Under the pieces are notes generated by a model. It had not been told where the DNA came from. It ran no database searches and worked only from the letters and a program-made list of their open reading frames with translations. A program made the translations under genes and the position numbers. Below are positions 56,318-64,000 of a stretch of DNA of 64,000 bases, piece after piece. The stretch's first letter is position 1. Every line of letters starts with the position of its first letter. The stretch is from SAR202 cluster bacterium (GTDB lineage: Bacteria > Chloroflexota > Dehalococcoidia > Lucifugimonadales > VGZY01), in contig VGZY01000001.1 in the NCBI GenBank assembly GCA_016872355.1, forward strand, positions 33,803 to 97,802, written 5' to 3'.

Positions 56318-57199
56318 TTACTGCCTCTCTCCCACCGTCACCTTCACCTCGCGGAGGTCGCCGCCGCGGACGACTTTGACCGGGACCGTCGAGCCCACGG
56401 ACTCGCCCGTAAGCTGGGATAGCAGGTCATCAAGATTGCGCAGGGGGCGGCCGTTCAGCGCCAGAATCGTATCGCCCATCATCAGGCCGGCCTTTTCCGC
56501 GCCGCTGCCCGGCTCAACCGTGAGCACGAGCAGGCCGGTCTCCTGGCCCGTCTTCTTCTCCAGCGCCACCGGCAGTCGCGCTATCTGCGCGCCGACGCCC
56601 AGGTACGCCCTGCGCACCCTCCCGTGCGCCAGCAGCGTCTCGACGACACGCCGGATGGTAGGCACAGGGACCGACACCGTCACCCCGCGCGAGAGCGACG
56701 AGGAGTTCAGCCCCGCAATGCGGCCGGATGCTTCCACCAGCGGCCCGCCGGAGAAGCCCGGGTACATCACAACGTCCGTCTGGAGGTACCGGTCGATCTT
56801 CCCGCCGGCGCGGGTGCTCCAGCCCTGCCCAAGAGCGCTCACGACCCCGAGCGTCGCCTGCACCGTCTTCCCCGGCCGCCCGAGCGCGAGCACAATATTC
56901 CCCACCTTCAACCCCTCCGGCTCAATCAGACCCGGCGCCGCCAGGCCTCCCTGCACGCGCAGCACGGCGAGGTCCGTGGAAGGATCGCGGCCCACCAGCT
57001 TCGCGTCCACCGAGCTGCCGTCCGGCAGGCCCACCGAGACATTCTCGTCGCGCTCAAGCACGTGGTGGGCCGTGACGATCACGCCGTCCGCCGACCACAC
57101 GAACCCGCTTGCGCCCATCCTGTCGCGCCCATCCACCCGCACCACGCTCCGGCCAGCGGCCGCCACAACGTCATAAAGGTCATTCGATATCCGCGTCAA
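56318..57199 (-). CDS. HtrA/DegP-like serine protease with a C-terminal PDZ domain
   Basis: VTAHHVL, DLAVLRV, GFSGGPLV. PDZ-like GLLVLTVEPGSGAEKAGLMMGDTILALNGRPL. Confidence 0.85.
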   Translation of the reverse strand: MTRISNDLYDVVAAAGRSVVRVDGRDRMGASGFVWSADGVIVTAHHVLERDENVSVGLPDGSSVDAKLVGRDPSTDLAVLRVQGGLAAPGLIEPEGLKVGNIVLALGRPGKTVQATLGVVSALGQGWSTRAGGKIDRYLQTDVVMYPGFSGGPLVEASGRIAGLNSSSLSRGVTVSVPVPTIRRVVETLLAHGRVRRAYLGVGAQIARLPVALEKKTGQETGLLVLTVEPGSGAEKAGLMMGDTILALNGRPLRNLDDLLSQLTGESVGSTVPVKVVRGGDLREVKVTVGERQ

Positions 57200-57307
57200 A
57201 AACTCCGATATATTCCGCCTCCATATTCCCGAGGAACCTGTCTACGCATTACCTTATGTGGGCCTATGTTTGCCCCACTGGGACCGATCGGCGCCGGTTC
57301 GTTCTCT

Positions 57308-57471
57308 GGCAGGTCAGGACAAAGACCTGATGTCCTCGGGGGTCTGAGAGGGCACCCCCCAGGCATGTCAGGACCCCGTTCGAATGTCCTAGGGTGTCCG
57401 AGAGTGACAAACCCGAGGCATGTCAGGACCCCGTTCGAATGTCCTCGGGTGTGCAGAGTGCCAAGCCCTCG
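57308..57471. repeat. three tandem ~55-bp repeats
   Basis: Units at 57308-57360 (diverged), 57361-57415 and 57416-57471. The last two share aggcatgtcaggaccccgttcgaatgtcct.gggtgt..agagtg. Confidence 0.8.
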
Positions 57472-57477
57472 CCGGGG

Positions 57478-57596
57478 TTTGGGGCGAAGCCCCAAAGTCT
57501 TGGGAGTCCAGAGGGCGAAGCCCTCGGTAGGGTACGGGACGAAGTCCCGTTGCATTCTTCGTTATTCCCCCTTCAGAGCGAAGCGATTGAAGGGGG
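57478..57596. other. four consecutive hairpins with identical CGAAG loops
   Basis: tttgggg-CGAAG-ccccaaa (57478-57496). gaggg-CGAAG-ccctc (57511-57525). acggga-CGAAG-tcccgt (57534-57550). cccccttca-gagCGAAGcgat-tgaaggggg (57567-57596). Confidence 0.75.
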
Positions 57597-57754
57597 CCAG
57601 GGGGATGTCCGAGGACCTCCCCAACGGCAGGTCCATTCATGGGCGGGCCAGCGCTCCGCTCCCATCTCCCACACACCCAGTCTATGCCCGGCAACAGACC
57701 CCCAACATCGCCCGTTATTCCAGTCCACCTGCCCAACCGGTCAGGGTGCGGGCC

Positions 57755-58402
57755 TCACAGGGTAATGAGGCCCATCCGAGTGGCCAGGGTGACCGCCTCG
57801 GTGCGGCTTTGCGCGGACAGCTTGCTGAGAATAGCGTTGATGTGGAACTTGACCGTGTGCTCGCTGATGGAGATGCGCGAGGCAATGGCCTTGTTGGAGA
57901 GGCCTTCGGCCATGAGGAGGAGCACCTGCTTCTCGCGGGGAGTGAGGTCCACCGCGACGGGCCCGGAGCGGTCGTCGGAGCGAGTGGAAGAAGAAAAGGC
58001 CGGAGACAGGGCAAGGTCGAAGACTGCGAGTCCCTGCGCAACGGCAGTGATAGCGCGCAGCAGGGTAGGGGAGTCCGCGTCGCGCAGCAGCAGGCCGCGC
58101 GCGCCCGGGTGCCACGCATCGGCGGCGTGCGTATCGTCCGGGAGGGGCGCCACCACCGGCAGCGACCTGCCCGAGGCCGCCGCGAGACTCTCGACGCCGG
58201 ATGGGGTGCTCCATCCCAGGTCCCACACCGACGCGTCCGCCGCGAACACGTCGGTTTTCACCGTCACGTACTCCGCGCCCGAGAGCTGGCCAATCACCCG
58301 CACGCCCGCCATCTCGGCCAGCAGCGCAGCCAGCCCGGCCCGCGCCAGGTGGTCGTCGGCAATCACCAGCACCCTGACATCGGTATCACCCGCAGGCGGC
58401 AT
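57755..58402 (-). CDS. NarL/LuxR-family response regulator
   Basis: Receiver VRVLVIADDH...VWDLGW. C-terminal LTPREKQVLLLMAEGLSNKAIASRISISEHTVKFHINAILSKL. Confidence 0.85.
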   Translation of the reverse strand: MPPAGDTDVRVLVIADDHLARAGLAALLAEMAGVRVIGQLSGAEYVTVKTDVFAADASVWDLGWSTPSGVESLAAASGRSLPVVAPLPDDTHAADAWHPGARGLLLRDADSPTLLRAITAVAQGLAVFDLALSPAFSSSTRSDDRSGPVAVDLTPREKQVLLLMAEGLSNKAIASRISISEHTVKFHINAILSKLSAQSRTEAVTLATRMGLITL

Positions 58403-58612
58403 AGCGGCACTACCCCCATACGGATAATCGTACGCCGGTTGCGCCGCGCTGGGCCACTGGCCGAAAGGGGAGGGGGGATATGGGTATGAAGTAGAGCGTC
58501 TTGGAGTCTTATCGACCCGTAAGAGACACTCTACAAATCGTCAGACAAAAGAGTTGACTAACATAAATCAAGCCTGTAGCGTCTAGCGCATCATTCGACC
58601 GAGGGACTTCAG

Positions 58613-59332
58613 ATGGACGAACAAGAGTTGGCAAACTTGGCGGCAAGGATATCTGATCCTCGGTCGTGGCAGACTGCGACAGGGAATTGGCCCGGACAGG
58701 TGGCCCCCACCATCGAACGCAACGGGTACACTAGATTGCCCCTTCCCGGGTACATTGGCAAACATTACTCCAAGTCGCGAGTCGTATTCCTGGGAACCAA
58801 TCCCGGACCCGGGAAAGGGGCCAATGGCAGGTTTGACAGAGACGAACCGCTATTTAAGACTCTGCTCCCTCAACTCATGAAGCGCCCTGTTGTCGACCAC
58901 TTTGTAGCTCTAAATGACTATCTAGCAACTGCAATGCCAACATGGGATATTTTCAGGAACATCGACTTCCCGATTTGCTTTGGCCTCAAGATCGAAGAGT
59001 TGGCCTACTCAAATGTGCTGCTTGCGAATACGCCAGATGGCGTCAGACCGCATGAAGTAGACGATGGCCTATTCAAATTCTCGATCGACTGTTTCCTCGC
59101 CGAATGGCTCGAGGTCGCAGATCCTAGGCTCATTGTCGTCTTGGGCAAAAAGGCCGCTCTTCTACTGGAGAGATACTGGACACCTGCACCGACAACCGCA
59201 ATTATAAGTATGGGTTTGCCTGCGCGACAGGTGATGAATACTCACAGGGAATCCTTCGAACGGGACTTCGAATCGGCGAAGGTTGCTATTTGCAGGGTCT
59301 TCCCAACTGCCAAGAAGCGGTTGGGCCGTTAG
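58613..59332 (+). CDS. hypothetical protein, tentatively uracil-DNA-glycosylase-superfamily-like
   Basis: VVFLGTNPGPG resembles UDG-superfamily motif A (e.g. GINPG of Mug/TDG). LIVVLGKKAA resembles the downstream beta-strand. No clear motif B (HPS). The gene and its flanks are visibly less GC-rich than the neighbours. Confidence 0.35.
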   Translation: MDEQELANLAARISDPRSWQTATGNWPGQVAPTIERNGYTRLPLPGYIGKHYSKSRVVFLGTNPGPGKGANGRFDRDEPLFKTLLPQLMKRPVVDHFVALNDYLATAMPTWDIFRNIDFPICFGLKIEELAYSNVLLANTPDGVRPHEVDDGLFKFSIDCFLAEWLEVADPRLIVVLGKKAALLLERYWTPAPTTAIISMGLPARQVMNTHRESFERDFESAKVAICRVFPTAKKRLGR

Positions 59333-59353
59333 GCCAGAGTCTAGCCGCCGGAA

Positions 59354-60334
59354 CTACGCAACAGATCCCTCTCTCTGATCTTCCTTCCCCATCAACCTCC
59401 GCCCGTGGAAGAGGTAGTGGTTCGCGTAGCCAGCGTGGCGGCCCCACTGCTGCATGGCCCAGAGGCGGAGCTGCTTGCGGTTCAGCTTCTTGCCCTGCGG
59501 GGTGAAGTACCACTCGTGCATCGCCCGGTCTATCCACACGTCCACAGGAAAGGCGTCCAGCCTGTCGAGCGAGAATAGCATGATGCAGTTGGCCACCTTG
59601 TCGCCTACGCCGGGGATCTCCATCATTGCCGCAAGCGTCCTGTCATAGTCCATCTCGCGCATCGCCGCCAGGTCGACCTTTCCCTCAGCTACCAGCTGCG
59701 TCGTCTCGTAGATGTAGTCGGCGCGGTAGCCCAGCCGCAGGTCCCAAAGCTGCTGCCGCGTCGCCGTGGCCAGCTCCTGCGGGGTAGGGAAGGAGCTGCG
59801 GCGGACCATCCCGCGGACTCCGGACCCGGCCGGAGCGTCCAGCTCCAGCGGCCTGCCGAACGCCGTCGCCATGTCCTCGATGTTCTTCGTGATGCGGGGG
59901 ATGTTGGAGGCTTGAGCGCACAGGAACGATACGAGGCACTCCCACGGCTCCTGCCGCAGTATCCGCATGCCGGGGTAGTGCGCTATCGAAGCCCGCAGCC
60001 TGTCGTCCGTCCCAATGTTCCGGTAGACCTCATTGATGTCCACGTTCAGGCCCAGGTAGTCCATCAGCAGCGGCGCAACCACCCGCTCATCGTCCGGCGC
60101 CGAGTAGAACTCGATCCCGCCCGGCACAATCCTCAGCTTCACGATGTTGCGATAAATGACGCCGTGGTACCACGGCTCTTCCCTCACCTGTCGCGAAGAC
60201 GCGACATCCTCTCCCGTCCGCCGCGGCGGACCGGGAGAGGAGAATGAGGTAGCGTCTCCTATCCGCCACCGGAACGCCTGGCCGCTCAAAAGTGTAGAGA
60301 CAAGGTCCAGCGGCTGATCAATTGGCAGTAACAA
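59354..60334 (-). CDS. ogg: 8-oxoguanine DNA glycosylase/AP lyase (OGG1-type HhH-GPD)
   Basis: N-terminal LSGQAFRW (OGG_N). HhH-GPD IPGVGDKVANCIMLFSLDRLDAFPVDVW, which in OGG1 reads [26 protein letters not shown]. TTG start at 60334. Confidence 0.8.
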   Translation of the reverse strand: MLLPIDQPLDLVSTLLSGQAFRWRIGDATSFSSPGPPRRTGEDVASSRQVREEPWYHGVIYRNIVKLRIVPGGIEFYSAPDDERVVAPLLMDYLGLNVDINEVYRNIGTDDRLRASIAHYPGMRILRQEPWECLVSFLCAQASNIPRITKNIEDMATAFGRPLELDAPAGSGVRGMVRRSSFPTPQELATATRQQLWDLRLGYRADYIYETTQLVAEGKVDLAAMREMDYDRTLAAMMEIPGVGDKVANCIMLFSLDRLDAFPVDVWIDRAMHEWYFTPQGKKLNRKQLRLWAMQQWGRHAGYANHYLFHGRRLMGKEDQREGSVA

Positions 60335-60350
60335 GTGACATCTCCAAAGC

Positions 60351-60647
60351 GGGGTAAAGGGTCTGGGGTAAAGGGTAAGGTTTATGACGGAGCGAACACA
60401 AGAACGAAATCATTGCTATACGCCAACGCACTAACCCACTGTAGTGGCGCACTGCGTGCGCTCTCCGGTGGTCACCAATCACGTGGGTTACCCCGACGGA
60501 GCGCACGCAGTGCGCCACCACGCCATCCACCCACCCGTACGCGTTTCCCCCACTTTACCCCTCACCCTTCACCCCTTACCCTGTCCCTGTCTGTCACCGT
60601 ACCCCGTACCTTGCTCTGAACCCCGATGAGTCTGCGAATCGGGGCTG
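60351..60647. repeat. nested palindromic element occupying the ogg/patatin divergent intergenic region
   Basis: Outer G-rich arm ggggtaaagggtctggggtaaagggtaagg (60351-60380) against the C-rich arm cactttacccctcacccttcaccccttaccctgtccc (60551 onward). Inner 20-bp perfect stem gtggcgcactgcgtgcgctc (60444-60463) with gagcgcacgcagtgcgccac (60499-60518). Terminal hairpin ccccgatgagtctgcgaatcgggg (60621-60644). Confidence 0.8.
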
Positions 60648-60675
60648 TACCCCGTACCCGGCACCGGAGGTGCCT

Positions 60676-61698
60676 ATGCAGGCCGACGCCGTCTTCGAAG
60701 GTGGAGGAGTCCGCGGCATCGCACACGCCAGCGCGCTATTGGAGGCGGAGGCCGCCAGCTACACGTGGGAAAACGTCGCGGGCACATCCGCCGGCTCGAT
60801 CATCGCGGCGCTCGTCGCCTGCGGCTACACCGGCCATGAGGTCCGAGAGATCATCTGGTCGTTCGATTTCGCGCAGCTCATGGACAAGGGGTGGTAGGAC
60901 AGGCTCGGCGAGATCGGCCTCTTCCCCCTGCGCCTCATCCCGCGCTTCGGCAAGCTCGCGCAGTACCTCCCCAGCATCCTCAAGGACTTCGGGATATACG
61001 AGGGCAACCGCTTCCAGGAGGCGATCGGCAAATACCTCGCAAAGAAGGGCGAGAAGGTGTTCGGCGACCTTATCATCCCCGGGCTGGAGGCGGACCCGAA
61101 GTACCGCTACAAGCTGCGCGTCATCGCGTCGGACGTCACCGCCGGCCGCATGCTCATACTGCCCGACGACATCGCGGAGTTCGGCATCGATCCCGACGAG
61201 CTGTCGATCGCCTTCGCCCTCCGGATGAGCATGAGCATCCCGTTCTTCTTCGAGCCTGCGCGACTCTACAACCCGAAGACGAAGCTTACGCACGTGATCG
61301 TGGACGGCGGCATCCTCAGCAACTACCCCGTCTGGCTCTTCGACGTCCCTCCCGGCCAGTCGCCGGAGTGGCCCACCTTCGGCTTCAACCTCTACGAGCC
61401 CCAGCCCGATGGCCCCGCCGACCCGTTCCGCCACGCGCCGCACGCCATCACCAGCCCCATCGGCCTGGTCACCGCCCTCTGGGACGCCACCTTCTCGTAC
61501 TCAGACCAGCGATACATCAGCAAGCGCCACTGGGCCCGCACCATCGCGATAGACGCGAAGGGCATCGGCAGTACCAACTTCAACCTCACCGAATTCCAGA
61601 AGAACACGCTGCTGGACTCCGGCCGGGCCGCCGCAAGGTCGTTCCTCAAGGACTGGGACTTCGAGGAGTACGTAAGGACGTGGAGATCATCCCCGTAA
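60676..61698 (+). pseudogene. patatin-like phospholipase with an in-frame TAG
   Basis: GGGVRG oxyanion hole, GTSAG nucleophile elbow, VDGGILSN catalytic Asp. ORFs 60670-60897 and 61057-61698 share a frame and read through as ...LMDKGW*DRLGEIGLFPL. TAG at 60895-60897. GGAGG RBS before the ATG at 60676. Confidence 0.8.
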
Positions 61699-61774
61699 AG
61701 AACTCACCAGTTCGGGGATTGACCAACTACTAACTACTGACTGCCGACTGCCTTCCATGCTACCATCAGTTACT

Positions 61775-63634
61775 ATGACTGCCAGCCACATACGCAACTT
61801 CTGCATCATCGCCCACATCGACCACGGCAAATCGACTCTCGCGGACCGCCTGCTCGAAATGACGCACGCGATCGACCCGCGCGAGATGTTTGAGCAGCGC
61901 ATGGACGCCATGGACCTGGAGCGCGAGCGCGGCATCACGATCAAGGCCAAGGCCGTGCGCCTCAAGTACCCGGCGAAGGATGGCACGAAGTACGAGCTCA
62001 ACCTCATCGACACTCCGGGCCACGTAGACTTCTCCTATGAAGTCTCCCGCAGCCTCGCCGCCTGCGAAGGCGCTCTGCTTGTAGTGGACGCCACGCAGGG
62101 CATACAGGCGCAGACGCTCGCGAACGTGCACCTGGCGATGGAGAACAACCTCGAGATCATCCCGATCATCAACAAAATCGACCTGGAGGCCTCGGAGCCT
62201 GAGCGCGTGGCCGAAGAGGTTATGAAGAGCTTCGGCTTCAAGAGGGACGAGATCCTCTTCGCCTCCGGAAAGACCGGCAAGGGCGTGGACCTGGTGCTGG
62301 AGGCGATTGTCCAGCGAATCCCGAACCCGCAGGGCGACGAAAGCGCCCCCCTGCGCGCGCTCATATTCGACTCCAAGTACGACGCCTACAAGGGCGTGGT
62401 TGCATATTGCCGCCTTGTGGATGGGCAGGTCCTGCCCACCTCCCGCGTCAAGATGATGACGAACAGCAAGGTGGCCGACATCCTCGAAATCGGCTGCTTC
62501 GTCCCGGACCTCAAAAAGGTCGATAGGCTCAGCGCCGGACAGGTAGGCTACATCGCCACCGGCTTCAAGACCGTGGGAGACGCCCCGGTAGGCGACACGA
62601 TCACTCTCGCCGAGGGCGGCGCGAAGGAGCCCCTGGCAACGTACAAGCCGCTCAAGCCGATGGTCTTCGCGGGCCTGTACCCTTCGGATGGCGAGGACTT
62701 CGGCAACCTCCGCGAGGCGCTGGAGAAGCTGCGCCTCAACGACGCCTCGCTCTCTTTCCAGCCCGAGTCGTCGCTCGCTCTCGGCACCGGCTTCCGCTGC
62801 GGCTTCCTGGGACTGCTCCACATGGACGTGGTGCAGGAGCGCCTGGAGCGCGAGTACAACATCAACCTCCTGGCCACCTCTCCGAGCGTGGAGTACAAGG
62901 TCATCATCACCGGCGGCGAGCTGGTGGAGGTGGACAACCCCTCCAAGCTCCCTCCCCCGGACCGCATCGAGGAGATCCAGGAGCCGTGGGTGGAACTCAC
63001 GGTCATCTCCCCGGCCAATTTCATCGGCACCATCATGGAGCTGGTCACCGGCAAGCGCGGAGAGTTCAAGAAGATGGAGTACATCCAGTACGGCCTCGTA
63101 GAAGAGAACGCCGCCGCGATGACGACCATCGGGCAGAACGTCTCCAAGACGCGCGTCATGATGGAGTTCACGATGCCGCTCTCCGAGATGCTCTTCGACT
63201 TCTATGACCAGTTGAAGTCGCGCACGCAGGGCTACGCGTCCATGGACTACGCCGTGGCCGGCTACCGCTCCGAGAAGCTGGTGAAGCTGGACATCCTGGT
63301 AAACGGCGACCCCGTGGACGCCCTCTCCACAATCGTCCACCGCGACAGCGCGCACGATCGGGGGCGCATCCTGGCATCCAAGCTCAAGGACCTCATCCCC
63401 AGGCAGCTCTTCGAGGTGCCCATCCAGGCCGCCATCGGCGGCAAGGTAGTCGCCCGAGAGACCATCCGCGCCATGCGCAAGGACGTGCTGGCCAAGTGCT
63501 ACGGCGGCGACATCACCCGCAAGCGCAAGCTCCTGGAAAAGCAGGCGGAAGGCAAGAAGCGCATGAAGCGCGTCGGCCGCGTAGAAATCCCCCAGGAAGC
63601 CTTCCTGAGCATTTTGAGAGTGGAAAACAAGTAG
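61775..63634 (+). CDS. lepA: translation elongation factor 4
   Basis: [36 protein letters not shown], and the LepA-specific C-terminus ...[32 protein letters not shown]. Confidence 0.97.
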   Translation: MTASHIRNFCIIAHIDHGKSTLADRLLEMTHAIDPREMFEQRMDAMDLERERGITIKAKAVRLKYPAKDGTKYELNLIDTPGHVDFSYEVSRSLAACEGALLVVDATQGIQAQTLANVHLAMENNLEIIPIINKIDLEASEPERVAEEVMKSFGFKRDEILFASGKTGKGVDLVLEAIVQRIPNPQGDESAPLRALIFDSKYDAYKGVVAYCRLVDGQVLPTSRVKMMTNSKVADILEIGCFVPDLKKVDRLSAGQVGYIATGFKTVGDAPVGDTITLAEGGAKEPLATYKPLKPMVFAGLYPSDGEDFGNLREALEKLRLNDASLSFQPESSLALGTGFRCGFLGLLHMDVVQERLEREYNINLLATSPSVEYKVIITGGELVEVDNPSKLPPPDRIEEIQEPWVELTVISPANFIGTIMELVTGKRGEFKKMEYIQYGLVEENAAAMTTIGQNVSKTRVMMEFTMPLSEMLFDFYDQLKSRTQGYASMDYAVAGYRSEKLVKLDILVNGDPVDALSTIVHRDSAHDRGRILASKLKDLIPRQLFEVPIQAAIGGKVVARETIRAMRKDVLAKCYGGDITRKRKLLEKQAEGKKRMKRVGRVEIPQEAFLSILRVENK

Positions 63635-63738
63635 AGCAGCAGTGAGCAGTGAGCAGTGGGCTAGCAGCCGTAGTGGCCCCGATGCATCGGGGCTCTCCAT
63701 GTCTTACCCACTGCTCACTACTCACTGCCCACTGCTGC
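63635..63738. repeat. heptad-armed palindrome between lepA and the SRP RNA gene
   Basis: Left arm agcagCAGTGAGCAGTGAGCAGTGGGctagcagccgtag. Central hairpin ggccccgatgcatcggggct. Right arm CCCACTGCTCACTACTCACTGCCCACTGCTGC. A left-arm-only relative sits at 34895-34940. Confidence 0.8.
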
Positions 63739-63749
63739 TATAATGAAAC

Positions 63750-64000
63750 CGGGTCGTGCTAAGCGGGGAGTTAGCGGTGTCCTGTACTCGCAATCCGCTC
63801 TAGCGAGGCTGAATTCCTCTATGAGGCCGCGTACCGGGGGCCACTGCCAATGGGTTCCGGTGTTGAGAGTTGGGTCCTGCGCAGCGGAAACCCGTGAACC
63901 CCGCCAGGTCCGGAAGGAAGCAACGGTAAGCGGACCTTTCCGGGGGCCGTGGGTCAGCCTGGCTCGAGTCGGGTCCACTGGTACGTCTTCGGGCGCGAAC
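63750..64000 (+). ncRNA. ffs: signal recognition particle RNA, long (Bacillus-type, Alu-domain-containing) form, 3' end beyond the window
   Basis: gggtcgtgctaagcggggag.tagcggtg.cctgta...gcaatccgctctagc matches the 5' Alu domain of B. subtilis scRNA as I recall it. ccaggtccggaaggaagca is the universal domain IV motif. TATAAT at 63739-63744 is just upstream. Confidence 0.85.

Noticed and set aside
57308-57471. CRISPR array
   Set aside because: There are only three units. The units are similar along their whole ~55-bp length, so there are no unique spacers. No cas genes are in the window.
61766-63700. 644-aa ORF on the minus strand spanning the whole lepA gene
   Set aside because: It is antisense to an unmistakable lepA and has an Arg/Ala/Gly/Leu-rich low-complexity translation. 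Long stop-free antisense frames are expected in GC-rich DNA.

Overview
GC-rich bacterial chromosomal segment. The taxon cannot be fixed from the sequence; the gene content and a long Bacillus-type SRP RNA fit Chloroflexota or another Terrabacteria lineage. I support about 55 protein genes. Housekeeping: fabI, coaD, rsmD, greA, lysS, ftsH, rsgA, lepA, msrA and a partial SRP RNA. DNA repair: an AddAB/AdnAB-like helicase-nuclease pair, ogg, and a UDG-superfamily-like gene in a lower-GC islet. Transport: two MsbA-type ABC exporters and a DHA2 MFS. Regulation: ECF sigma/anti-sigma, a REC-PP2C plus STAS pair, LysR and LuxR-type regulators. There is also assorted metabolism. No rRNA, tRNA, CRISPR array, transposase or integrase was recognised. 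Five things stand out. (1) A ParA plus ribbon-helix-helix cassette flanked by about 1.7 kb of non-coding DNA made of phased 8-bp repeats, resembling an oversized plasmid-type (type Ib) centromere in a chromosomal context. (2) A regulator-like protein in which an XRE-type HTH replaces the N-terminal barrel of an F1-ATPase beta-subunit body whose P-loop is degenerate, with a palindromic candidate operator at its start. (3) A family of intergenic palindromes whose arms are tandem 7-9 nt (once about 17 nt) repeats with locus-specific sequence. (4) An unusually high density of broken genes: at least 5 in-frame stops, at least 5 frameshifts (several in homopolymers) and one head-to-head truncation. 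This means either real gene decay or assembly error and must be settled before any biology is built on it. (5) Structured leaders and repeats, including a greA leader terminator and 55-bp tandem repeats plus four CGAAG-loop hairpins upstream of htrA. All coordinates and motifs were read by hand. Homology calls rest on recognised motifs, not on searches.
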